A stretch of 64,000 nt of DNA from an uncultured delta proteobacterium (GTDB lineage: Bacteria > Desulfobacterota > Desulfomonilia > UBA1062), in NCBI GenBank assembly GCA_963785235.1, contig CAWAUM010000003.1:224001-288000 (forward strand), written 5' to 3'. The notes beneath the pieces are model-generated. The model was not told the origin of the DNA. It saw only the letters and a program-made list of their open reading frames with translations, and searched no databases. Shown here one piece after another: positions 51,361-61,031 of this stretch (position 1 is the stretch's first letter; every line of letters starts with the position of its first letter). Both the position numbers and the translations under genes were made by a program.

Positions 51361-53337
51361 TTAATAATCCTGCAACTTCAAGGGTATTGTGATTACAAAA
51401 TATCCGCCCGAATCCGATGCCCTGGCCTCTACCTGGCCTCCATGGGCATGTATGATCTCCTTGGTGATGGCAAGACCGAGCCCTATACCTCCCTTGGCCC
51501 TGCCGCTTGCTCCCACGAAAAAATCGCTGAAAAGCTCTCTGGCCTCATCGACCCTTATCCCCGGCCCCTGATCACGCACAGAGATAACTGCACACTCCTG
51601 ATTCAAAAACATCCTCAGTGCCTCGCTATCGGATTTTGCCTTACCGATGCTTACCGTCACCTCGGATTCCTCAGGAGAATGCTTTATGGCATTATCAATG
51701 AGGTTCGTTAGCGCCTGCTCAAACCGTATAGGGTCTATGAATAAGGCGTCTATACCGCCTGTATCATCGAAGGTTATGGTTATTTTCTTATCCCGGGTGC
51801 CGATCTGCATGTTCCTGACTATCCTTTGAATATAGTCGCCGACAGCGACCTTCTCCCGGTTCAGGATGAACTTCTCGGAATGGATCTTTGCAAAATCCAG
51901 CAAAGAGTTGGAAAACAGAAGCAGTTTCTCGCACTGTTTCTCGATCTCATCAACGCACTCTTTCTGTCCATCGCTAAGGACGCACTCCTTATCGCGAGCC
52001 AGCATTCTGCCGTACCCCCTGATTACTGTCAATGGCACACGTATCTCGTGGGAGGCTACATTCAGGAACCTGGTCTTTAAGGTAAGCAATTCTTTTTTAC
52101 TGGTAATGTCGCGGACTACCCCTACATAACACTCATCGTCTTCTATCATCAGCCTTCCGATGGAAATCTCAAGATAGACCCTCTGCCCATCCTTGCGTAT
52201 GGCCTGGAGTTCGAGGTTGGGTACAAATATATTCCCTTCCTGCAACCTGAGCGCATCAGCCAAGGCATGGATGGATTCTTTTGCAACGATGTGCCTGAAA
52301 TGTCTATTCAGGATCTCGTCCGGCTCATAACCGAGCATTTCCTGGAACTTCCTGTTCACGAGCAGGAAGCGCCCGTTCTTGATGATGTAGACGGCGTCAA
52401 TGGCCTTTTCCACCATGTCCTTGTACTGGTCCTTGACACGGACAAGCTCTTTTTCCTTAAACCGTTCCAATGTCACGTCCCTGATACATGCAACCACCTG
52501 CCATGACGGCTTCAGCGGCAAGGGCGAGAGGTCGAAACTGAAGATCTTTCCCTTGGACTCGACATCCAGCGTAGCCCCCTCCTTGTCGGATACGATCTTC
52601 TGAATGACCGTATCACCGACAATATCGGCCAGGCTCTCCCCCGCCCTCTTGCCGATCATCTCGGATGCCCGCTTGTTCATGGTGGTGATGATGCCCTTTG
52701 TATCCGTGGTAAGCACCCCCATGGACATCCAGTTGAATACCTTCAGAATGCTCTTGCCGAATTCCAGCATGGCCTTGTCTGTCATGGAAAGCTCGGCCTT
52801 GAGCATTCTGTTGATCTCTTCCACTTCCCTCATGAGCTTGGCATTGCGCAACGCCAGGGCTGCAGGAGAGAGCAGGATCGAGATCAGTTTAAGATCCTCA
52901 TCTTTAAAGGCAAAGGCCTTGGGATGACTCAGATTGAGAACGCCCACAAGCTCGTCCTTGTTGTAAATGAGAGGCAGGCTCAGGATGGAGCCGATACTGA
53001 CCTTGTTGTTCCTGACCTGGAACCTCTCATCCTTTGAGGTATCGTGGATGATGATGGGCTTACCGCCTAGTGCCGCCACACCCGCAATGCCCTCCCCGAT
53101 GGAGAAAATCTGGCCGAGCGATTCTTCCGAATAACGGCTTCTTTTATCTTTCCTTCCCTTGGCGGCCTTGATCTCAAGACTGCAATTGTCGGATGTAGGC
53201 ATCATGATAGAGGCATTTTCCGCAGGCGTATCGTCAATAACGATGTCCAGGATAGACCGAGCAACAGCCTCAACGTCAGGGGCAAGGGAAATGGCCTCGT
53301 TGATCCTTCGGAAGATGATGAGCTCCTTGTTTTCCAT
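51361..53337 (-). CDS. Cytoplasmic sensor histidine kinase (GAF-PAS-PAS-HisKA-HATPase)
   Basis: GEGIAG GAF motif, PAS motifs, ASHEIRVPLT, NLIDNAIKHS, DQGPGI, GIGLGLAI; no TM. Confidence 0.93.
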   Translation of the reverse strand: MENKELIIFRRINEAISLAPDVEAVARSILDIVIDDTPAENASIMMPTSDNCSLEIKAAKGRKDKRSRYSEESLGQIFSIGEGIAGVAALGGKPIIIHDTSKDERFQVRNNKVSIGSILSLPLIYNKDELVGVLNLSHPKAFAFKDEDLKLISILLSPAALALRNAKLMREVEEINRMLKAELSMTDKAMLEFGKSILKVFNWMSMGVLTTDTKGIITTMNKRASEMIGKRAGESLADIVGDTVIQKIVSDKEGATLDVESKGKIFSFDLSPLPLKPSWQVVACIRDVTLERFKEKELVRVKDQYKDMVEKAIDAVYIIKNGRFLLVNRKFQEMLGYEPDEILNRHFRHIVAKESIHALADALRLQEGNIFVPNLELQAIRKDGQRVYLEISIGRLMIEDDECYVGVVRDITSKKELLTLKTRFLNVASHEIRVPLTVIRGYGRMLARDKECVLSDGQKECVDEIEKQCEKLLLFSNSLLDFAKIHSEKFILNREKVAVGDYIQRIVRNMQIGTRDKKITITFDDTGGIDALFIDPIRFEQALTNLIDNAIKHSPEESEVTVSIGKAKSDSEALRMFLNQECAVISVRDQGPGIRVDEARELFSDFFVGASGRAKGGIGLGLAITKEIIHAHGGQVEARASDSGGYFVITIPLKLQDY

Positions 53338-53399
53338 GGTCTCCCTTATCCCTACCTAATCCATAATAGATTACATGTGCTTGCTCGTGACCCGGAGCT

Positions 53400-54870
53400 T
53401 CAGCGATTATTTTTCTTGGATTTCTTTGAAGACTTTTTCTTATCCTTACGTCTCTTCAGATCCACCAGGTTCTTTTTGGGGGGCTTTGGTGCACCCTTTC
53501 CCAGGATGCCTGCGATATTCGGATTCACCCCGAGCTTGGAGAGGACCTTCTTCTTGCCCATACCCAGGCCCTGCATAATCTGCCGCATGGTGCCGAAGCG
53601 GGCTATGAGCTCTGTTATCCTCTGCCTGGGCTGGCCGCATCCCTTAGCAATACGGTTGATACGGCTGTCGTTCAGGCAGTCCGGGTTCTCCCTCTCGAAG
53701 GTTGTCATGGAGTGGATGATGGCTTCTACCCGGACAAGCTCCCGGTCGTCCACCTGGACTCCCTGGGGCAGTCCGAACTGGCCCAGCGGAAGCTTGCCGA
53801 TGATGTCCGTGAGTGAGCCCATCTTTTTCATCATCTTGAGCTGCTTGAGAAAATCGTCAAAGGAGAAGTCCCCCCGCATGAGCTTTGCGGCATCTTCTTC
53901 AGCCTTCTTTTCGTCTATGACCTCTTCGAAGTCCTTCACCAGACCGACGATATCGCCATGCCCGAGTATGCGCGATGCGAGGCCTTCCGGACGGAATTCC
54001 TCAAGCTTGTCCAGAGACTCACCCATGCCAAGATACTTTACCGGCTTTCTTGGTCACTTCCTTGATGGAAAGCGCAGCGCCGCCCCTCGCGTCACCGTCG
54101 AGCTTCGTGAGAATGAACCCAGACAGGTCAAGCCTGCGGTCAAACTCCCTGGCAACATTCACAGATTCCTGGCCGATCATGGCATCCACTACCAGCAGGA
54201 TATTTTCCGGACGGGTGGCGATTTTGATATCCTCCAGCTCCTGCATGAGGGTATCGTCAAGGATATTCCGGCCTGCGGTATCGAAGAGCACGACATCACA
54301 GCCCTTGATCTGGGCTGCCTCCATGGCATCCTTGCAGATCTGGGGAGGGGTCTTGCCCGGGGCAAAGAACACGGGGATATCGAGCCTGCCTCCCAAGACC
54401 TTGAGCTGGTCAATAGCAGCAGGACGGTACACGTCGGCGGCAACCATCATGGGTTTCTTGCCCATTTTCTGGATGAACCGTGCGAGCTTCGCGGTTGTAG
54501 TAGTCTTGCCGCTTCCCTGAAGCCCTACCATCATGACCGCGCTCACAGCGCGCCCGGTCAATTTCAACGAGGTATCAACAGGCCCCATGATACCCACGAG
54601 TTCATCATAGCAGATCTTTACAAAATGCTGTTCCGGGGAAACCTTCAGCTTCTTTCCGCCATGGGTGACCTTTGTATGAACGATTTCACCGAGGGCCTTG
54701 TTTTTGACTTTATCGATAAATTCCTTGACCACATGGAATTCCACATCCGCTTCCAGCAGAGAGATCCGGATCTCTTTTAAGGCGTCCTCAATATGCTTTT
54801 CCTGGATGGTGACCTTGCCCTGGAAGATATTCTGGGCCTTGCGAAATCCATCAGATAACAGTTCTAACAT
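53400..54870 (-). CDS. ffh: Signal recognition particle protein (frameshift near 54045, likely a sequencing error)
   Basis: LLEADV, GLQGSGKTTT, DVYRPAA, DTAGR, TKLDGDARGGAALS, then GMGE...RILG.GD and the M-domain SRINRIAKGCG. Confidence 0.95.
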
Positions 54871-55013
54871 ACGCTCTTCTCCAAAACGTTCTCAAAGATT
54901 GTCACGCGCCCATTTTACTCACAGCAGGCAACCAGTCCTCCATAAAGGCATATCATGCGCCTTGTCAAGGACGGTCATGGGTAGGAAAAAAAAGTGGTAA
55001 GTTGTATGTAATC

Positions 55014-55946
55014 TTAGGCCTCTTCGCCCAACTTTAAAATCTTTTCATAATCATGGGTGACCTTAGCCTGGATCTGCTCGATCTCCTTATCGGTGAGGTG
55101 TCTGAACCGTCCCTGTCCGCTTAAATATTCAGAAACCGGGATAAGCTTCTTCTCGGATGGCTTATAGGTAACCCGGTATTTCCCATTTACCACCTCAAAA
55201 AGAGGGAAGACGCAGGAGTTCACGGCCAGCCTCCCGTACTTGATGGCATCAGCGGGCTGGATCCTCCACCCTGTGGGGCATACCGAGAGGATGTGGATAT
55301 ATGCCGGGCCCTCTATCTCACTCGCCCGCTTCACCTTGTCCAGGAGATCAAAGGGAAAGCTGGGACATGCAGTGGCTACATAGGGGATGTCGTGGGCAAC
55401 AGCTATCTGGACCATGTTCTTCTTCTGGGTGTGCTGACCGATGCTCTTCTTTCCGGCCGGGCTCGTGGTGGTGCTGGCGCCATACGGTGTGCTCGAAGAA
55501 CGCTGGATGCCCGTGTTCATATAGGCCTCGTTGTCATAGCAGACATAGATCATGTCATGGCCGCGCTCCAAGGCCCCGGACAGCTGCCCCATGCCGATAT
55601 CCGCAGTGGCGCCGTCTCCGCCCATGCCGACAAAATTGATCTTCTTCTGCGGGAGCTTGCCCTTGCGCATCAAGGCCTTCATGCCGGCCTCGCAGCCCGA
55701 GATGACCGCTGAAGGGTTCTCAAAGGCGTTATGGATCCACGGCACCTTCCATGAGGTCAGCGGCAGGGGCGAGGAGATGATCTCCATGCATCCCGTTGCC
55801 ATTGCCACAATGGTGTCCTTGCCAAGGGCCTTCATCACGAGACGCACGGCCAGGGCTTCCGCACAACCCTGACAAGCACGGTGGCCCGAGGCAAAATATT
55901 CAGCTCTTTCGACATTTTTCGGAGAAGAAACGGATGTCTTGGCCAT
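55014..55946 (-). CDS. porB: Pyruvate/2-oxoacid:ferredoxin oxidoreductase beta subunit
   Basis: GHRACQGC, ATGCME, GGDG.TADIG, DNEAYMNTGIQRS, CPTGW. Confidence 0.93.
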   Translation of the reverse strand: MAKTSVSSPKNVERAEYFASGHRACQGCAEALAVRLVMKALGKDTIVAMATGCMEIISSPLPLTSWKVPWIHNAFENPSAVISGCEAGMKALMRKGKLPQKKINFVGMGGDGATADIGMGQLSGALERGHDMIYVCYDNEAYMNTGIQRSSSTPYGASTTTSPAGKKSIGQHTQKKNMVQIAVAHDIPYVATACPSFPFDLLDKVKRASEIEGPAYIHILSVCPTGWRIQPADAIKYGRLAVNSCVFPLFEVVNGKYRVTYKPSEKKLIPVSEYLSGQGRFRHLTDKEIEQIQAKVTHDYEKILKLGEEA

Positions 55947-55957
55947 GGTAAGTCTCC

Positions 55958-57137
55958 CTATCCCCTCAACCCATAAAGGGTGAAGCCTTCTGTGTCCCCG
56001 GACTGAGCCTTTTTCTTTCCGTCGAGGATGATATTTCTGAAGTCCTTGCGGGACACATCCCTGCCTGCAAGGCCTGCTATATAATTCACTATTGTAGGAG
56101 CACCGTCTTTCTTATACAGGGCTGAGCGGAGCTCTGAGGCCACCGGACCGCCGGGTCCGCCGAAACTGATGGCCCGATCCAGCACGATGAGGTATTTCTT
56201 GCCGAGTGCGGCCTTTCGGAACTCATCAAAGGGGAACGGCCTCCATAACCTGATCTTTATAACGCCTACCTTCTCCCCTTCATCCCTCAGGGCATCGACT
56301 GCCTCCATGGCAGTCTCACTGTAAGATCCCATGGTGACGATGCAATACTCCGCATCATCTGCACGATATGTCTCAATGGGATTGTAGTACCTGCCCGTGA
56401 GCTTACCCCACTCCTCCCAGGCGTTGAGTATGTAGGAATAGGAGCCCTGAACCCCGGCTTCACGGTTCATCTGGGCCTCGGTATAGATCTCCGGCATGCC
56501 GAAGCACCCCATGGAAATAGGGTTGTCCGGATGCAGCGTGTTTTTCATCTTGAAATCAGGCAGATAGGCTTTGATGAGCCCGTCATCTTCATATTCAACT
56601 AGCCTCCACCATGTGGGTGACGATAAAACCGTCCAGGTTTATTGCAACGGGCAGCATGACGCTTGGATCTTCCGATATTCTATAGGCGCAGAAGATGTTG
56701 TCATACGTCTCCTGTCCATTCTCTACAAAGATATGTATCCATCCGGCATCCCTGACCATCATGACATCGCTGTGGTCGTTCCATATGGACAGAGGGCTCG
56801 AAAGCGACCGGTTGGCCAGCGCCATGACCATGGGCAGTCTCATGGCTGCGGCGATGAAAAAGATCTCGCTCATGAGTGCAAGCCCCTGTGAACTCGTGGA
56901 GGTGAATGTCCTGGCGCCCACTGCAGAAGAGCCGCAACAGACACTCATGGCGGAATGCTCGCTCTCCACCGGGATATACTCGGCATCGAGCTCGCCATTG
57001 GCAACGATCTCCGAGAGGTGCTCTACTATGTGTGTCTGGGGAGTAATGGGATATGCGGCGATGACATCCACATTCGCCTGTGCCACGGCATCGGCGATGG
57101 CTATCGAAACCTCAACTCCTTTTCGTACCTTGCCCAT
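55958..57137 (-). CDS. porA: Pyruvate/2-oxoacid:ferredoxin oxidoreductase alpha subunit (frameshift near 56600)
   Basis: AYPITPQT, VESEHSA, TSSQGL, DHSD, DGF..H; continues in ORF 55958-56548 (RLWRPFP, GLAGRD). Confidence 0.93.
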
Positions 57138-57140
57138 GGC

Positions 57141-57434
57141 TCACTTCTCCTCACTTATCATGGTTATGCACTTCACCGGGCACTCTGCGGCGCATATACC
57201 GCACCCCTTGCAATAGGCGAGGTTCGCTTCAAAGTGCCCTTCGTCCGCCTCTTTGATGCAGCCCTCGGGGCAGTACAGCCAGCAGAACATGCACTTGATG
57301 CACTTTTCCTTCTCGACAACAGGCCTTTCAGAACGCCAGGAGCCTGTCTCGTATTGAACTGAATTTCCGATCTCTACGACGACAGCGCCGAACTCCAGTT
57401 CCTGCCACGTGATCTGATCCATCGGTTTCGCCAT
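57141..57434 (-). CDS. porD: Oxidoreductase delta subunit (2x[4Fe-4S])
   Basis: TGSWR..RP, CIKCMFCWLYCP, CKGCGICAAECP. Confidence 0.93.
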   Translation of the reverse strand: MAKPMDQITWQELEFGAVVVEIGNSVQYETGSWRSERPVVEKEKCIKCMFCWLYCPEGCIKEADEGHFEANLAYCKGCGICAAECPVKCITMISEEK

Positions 57435-57438
57435 AACC

Positions 57439-57990
57439 TTACCCCTTGATCACGACTTCGTTATAGGCCCTCTCAAGGGCCTTCAGATTCCTCTCGCCGA
57501 GCTTGGAGCCGAAACGCTCCAGGAGCGGGCCCTTGATATCATCAATGGAGATCAACCCGGTTACCTTGATAAACGCGCCGATCATGGTGGTGTTCACTAT
57601 GGGTCTGCCCACTTCTTCAATGGCAATCCTGTCTGCATCCACCGTGGCCACTCGAATTGCAGAACCTTTTGAGGTAACAAACTCTTCCGGGGTCTTCCTG
57701 GTATTCATGATGAGAATGCCGCCTTCCTTCATGCCCTCGGTAGGGTCCAGAAGCGTCACAAGCCCGGGATCCAGTACAATCACCACATCCGGCTCGTAGA
57801 CCTTGGCCCTTATGTTGATCTTGCGCTCATCAACCCTGCAGAAGGCAACCACAGGCGCACCCCGGCGTTCAGGACCGAAGCTGGGAAAAGCCTGCGCGAA
57901 TCTGCCGGTATTGATGGCGGCGATGGCTATGAGTTCAGCCGAAGTGACAGCGCCCTGTCCGCCTCTCCCATGGACCCTGATCTCATGCAT
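57439..57990 (-). CDS. porC: Oxidoreductase gamma subunit
   Basis: EIRVHGRGGQGAVT, FPSFGPERRGAPV, NTTMIGA. Confidence 0.93.
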   Translation of the reverse strand: MHEIRVHGRGGQGAVTSAELIAIAAINTGRFAQAFPSFGPERRGAPVVAFCRVDERKINIRAKVYEPDVVIVLDPGLVTLLDPTEGMKEGGILIMNTRKTPEEFVTSKGSAIRVATVDADRIAIEEVGRPIVNTTMIGAFIKVTGLISIDDIKGPLLERFGSKLGERNLKALERAYNEVVIKG

Positions 57991-58128
57991 ATAAGCTCCT
58001 ATGAGGAAATTGAATGGTGATTCATATCATCCTTGGACTTGAGCTGTCAAGAAAAGATGAATCTTTCTCCCTTGGCGTAAATTGCCTGAAGAGCAGGTGT
58101 TTCCCGGTAGATATGGTATAATAATTAC

Positions 58129-59037
58129 CTAGATGGATTCCTCAATCTGAGGCCTCCTCTCAAGGATGAACTCATAGAACTTCATCATGAGAGGCAGGAA
58201 TTTCCGCTTTTTATTCCTTACAATAAAGAACTCCCTTTTGGTGTTCAGGTCTTTTATGGGAAGTGCAACCAGGGTCTTGTTTTCAACTTCATTCTTAACG
58301 ACATTTATGGAGAGCACCGCCACCCCAAGGTTAGCCTCGACCGCCCTCTTTATCCCTTCCGAGGAGCTCAGTTCCATGGTGACCTTACGCTCAATACCAA
58401 AGCGCTTGATCACATTCTCGATGATACTCCTTGTGCCGGAGCCTTCTTCCCTCAGAATAATGGCCGACGGCTCGGAAGACAGCGTCTTCATGGTGAGGTG
58501 ACCCATCCCTGCCCAGCGGTGCTTGGGAGAACACACAATGACCAACTCGTCTTTCATGAAGAATTCAGCCTGAAGGTCGGGGTGCTTGGGCGGATCCTGC
58601 ATAAAGGCAAAATCGAGCTCGCCGGCCACGCACTGTTCCACTGCCTCCTGCCGGTTCTGAATATTCAGGGCGATTTCAATCTTGGGGTAAAGCTCTTTGA
58701 ACTCACCCAGGAACTTCGGCAGGACATAGATCCCTACGGTGTTGGAGGCGCCGAGCAACAGTCTGCCCACATCCCCGGAGCTGAATTCATTCATCACGCC
58801 ATTGATCTCATCGATCAGATGAAGGAGCTTTTCCGAGTATTCAAAGAATGTCTTTCCGGCATCCGTCAGGGTGATCCTGCGGTTGATCCGGTCAAAGAGG
58901 CGGACATTCAACGAATCTTCAAGGTCCTTAATCTGGATACTCACCGACGGCTGAGACAGGTGCATCTTCTTGGCGGTCTTGGTGATGCTCAACGTCCGCG
59001 CAGCTATATTGAAGATGTGTACCTGGTGTATGTTCAT
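58129..59037 (-). CDS. LysR-family transcriptional regulator (CysL/CmpR-like)
   Basis: SITKTAKKMHLSQPSVSIQIKDLE, LTDAG, REEGSGTR, SSEGIKRAV. AGGAG precedes ATG 59037. Confidence 0.93.
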   Translation of the reverse strand: MNIHQVHIFNIAARTLSITKTAKKMHLSQPSVSIQIKDLEDSLNVRLFDRINRRITLTDAGKTFFEYSEKLLHLIDEINGVMNEFSSGDVGRLLLGASNTVGIYVLPKFLGEFKELYPKIEIALNIQNRQEAVEQCVAGELDFAFMQDPPKHPDLQAEFFMKDELVIVCSPKHRWAGMGHLTMKTLSSEPSAIILREEGSGTRSIIENVIKRFGIERKVTMELSSSEGIKRAVEANLGVAVLSINVVKNEVENKTLVALPIKDLNTKREFFIVRNKKRKFLPLMMKFYEFILERRPQIEESI

Positions 59038-59094
59038 AACACTCCTATGAAGCATGATTTACTTTTATTTAACAATATCATAAGAGAAAAATAT

Positions 59095-59212
59095 TTGACA
59101 TGATCGAAATCGCTCCTATATATACGCCGCAGCCTATAGCAATCCTTCTAAGGGCTATAGACCTCCTTTTAGGCCCACTACCACCTATTACTTGAGTGGG
59201 CCCTTTTTTTTT
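59095..59212 (+). ncRNA. Candidate small RNA (promoter, two hairpins, intrinsic terminator)
   Basis: TTGACA at 59095 with a TATATA-like -10; hairpin CTATAGC...GCTATAG; linker ACCTCCTTTT; hairpin GGCCCACT...AGTGGGCC followed by a T run. Confidence 0.4.
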
Positions 59213-59226
59213 GTTAATACATAATC

Positions 59227-60126
59227 ATGGCTGATGACAAACTCTTCAATACACCCTTTTCCGGGCTCAAGGGATTAAGGCTGCCGAAAGAGAGGAAGCC
59301 CGAGCCCAAACCCGCTAAGACACAACAGGTTCAGCCCCCCGTAAACACCGCACCTGATGAAGATGATTCCACAGTATACGCCAAGGCCATGGAAGGGGTC
59401 ATACTGCTGCCCAACGACCGGGTAACCCCTGAGCCCTTGGACCAGGACGCAATTGCCCGTCAGGTGAGGGAAAATTCACTTAGGCAGGACAAAGAAGTCG
59501 TGGATACACTCCATGCCCTGGTATCGGGAAAATCACGTTTTGACATCACCTGCACAGGTGAATATCTGGAAGGAAATGTTATCGCGCTGGATCCCAGGGT
59601 GTTGAAACAGCTGAAATCAGGCGAGTTCACCATCCAGGCTCACCTCGACCTCCATGGCCACGTGAAGGAAGCTGCAAAGACCGCCCTTATGACCTTCATT
59701 CATAACTGCCATGCCATGGGGTACAGGTCACTCCTGGTTATCCATGGCAGAGGACTGAAATCGGATATCGGTCCCGTTCTCAAAGAGGGGGTGGTAAGAT
59801 GGCTTACCACCGGAACCCTGTCCCACCTGGTGCTGGCCTTCTGTTCGGCCCGCCCCTATGATGGGGGCACAGGGGCGTTGTATGTGCTGCTTAAAAAGAG
59901 ACCGGTGAAATCAAAGTGGAAGAGACCGCTTAATGCATGTTTTGAACCAATATCCGATCTAAATCTCCGCTCATGCCCCTGCCAACCGGCTCACCATGAT
60001 GAACAACTCAGTGGCTGCAATCCTCAAATTGATGTTCTCATTCACGCCTCGCCTCATGGTGCTGATAAGGCTTGTTATGTTCTCGATCTCCTCCATGCCT
60101 GCATACCTTATAGGGGTCTGCCTTAA
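59227..60126 (+). CDS. Smr/MutS2 C-terminal-domain endonuclease (SmrA-like); true stop probably near 59933
   Basis: LDLHG, LVIHGRG.S, GGTGALYVLL. The ORF tail overlaps holB and a TAA sits one base off-frame after KRP. Confidence 0.88.
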   Translation: MADDKLFNTPFSGLKGLRLPKERKPEPKPAKTQQVQPPVNTAPDEDDSTVYAKAMEGVILLPNDRVTPEPLDQDAIARQVRENSLRQDKEVVDTLHALVSGKSRFDITCTGEYLEGNVIALDPRVLKQLKSGEFTIQAHLDLHGHVKEAAKTALMTFIHNCHAMGYRSLLVIHGRGLKSDIGPVLKEGVVRWLTTGTLSHLVLAFCSARPYDGGTGALYVLLKKRPVKSKWKRPLNACFEPISDLNLRSCPCQPAHHDEQLSGCNPQIDVLIHASPHGADKACYVLDLLHACIPYRGLP

Positions 60127-60876
60127 AGATTCATTCATCACTGCCTCACAGCCGAGGTGGAGCGCCATGATATCCCGAATCATTGATTCCACGATAACCA
60201 GCACCTCAGGCAATACTTCCCATCCCTCGGAATCGAAATATTTCCTGGCAAGCAGTGCCGGATCACTGCCGGTCAGCAGGGCTACAATCTCCTGGCGCAT
60301 GGCATTGGCATCCCTTATTTCGTCGTTTTCGACTTCAGGGTGTAAGGCGTTTATGCCTTGCTCGGGAACCCGGACGGCCTCATCTTCGCTAAAGCGTATA
60401 AACTGGCACCTGGAGACTATGGTAGGGAGCAACAGCTTCGGCCTGTGGCTGATGAGCATGATCACCGTACTTGAAGGCGGCTCTTCGAGGGTCTTCAACA
60501 GGGCATTGGCACTTTCATTACCCAGGTGCTCGGCAGGCTCAATGATAATACCCTTCATGTGTGCCTCAAAGGGCTTTAGTCCGACTTCTGCGAGGACTCC
60601 CCTCACATCATCCACCTTGATCCTTCTTGTACCCGGGGTCAACTCTATAAGGTCCGGATGTGTCCCTGCAATCACCTTCAGGCAACTCCTGCACTTATTG
60701 CACGAATCACCTGATTTTTCGAGACAGTTCAGTGCCTTGAAAAATTCCTTAGCTACAAAGGTCTTACCAAGACCGGGGGCACCTGCAAACAAAAACGCAT
60801 GAGGTACCTTGCCGGATAAACAGTAGGACTTAAGTATCTGCGTGATTTGGCTGTGTCCTTGGATGTCCTTCCACAT
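59971..60876 (-). CDS. holB: DNA polymerase III delta-prime subunit
   Basis: HAFLFAGAPGLGK, C...CNKCRSC, HPD, ANALLKTLEEP, LLPTIVSRC. Confidence 0.92.
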   Translation of the reverse strand: MWKDIQGHSQITQILKSYCLSGKVPHAFLFAGAPGLGKTFVAKEFFKALNCLEKSGDSCNKCRSCLKVIAGTHPDLIELTPGTRRIKVDDVRGVLAEVGLKPFEAHMKGIIIEPAEHLGNESANALLKTLEEPPSSTVIMLISHRPKLLLPTIVSRCQFIRFSEDEAVRVPEQGINALHPEVENDEIRDANAMRQEIVALLTGSDPALLARKYFDSEGWEVLPEVLVIVESMIRDIMALHLGCEAVMNESLRQTPIRYAGMEEIENITSLISTMRRGVNENINLRIAATELFIMVSRLAGA

Positions 60877-61031
60877 AAGAACCAATGTACCGCAAAAGGG
60901 GATTTCTATGCAAACCTGTTTATACACCTCATATCTAGCTATTGTCTCAAAGCATAAGCCTCACCTTGACTTGAAGGGGCCTTTTCAGTTAATAAGCCTA
61001 AGCTTAAAGATTTTGGTTAATGGGAGGATCG

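Noticed and set aside
53377-54780. 467-aa plus-strand ORF
   Set aside because: It is the antisense shadow of ffh and has no recognisable motifs. The same applies to most short overlapping ORFs in the track.
53400-57137. Split ffh and porA as pseudogenes or programmed frameshifts
   Set aside because: Both are restored by removing one base (AAGAAAGCCG near 54045; GCTAGTTGAA near 56600). ffh is essential, and similar single-base indels occur throughout the window, often in homopolymers. Sequencing error is the simplest explanation.
59930-60126. C-terminal extension of Smr overlapping holB
   Set aside because: The extension is low-quality antisense sequence. A TAA lies one base out of frame right after the basic tail, which suggests an indel.
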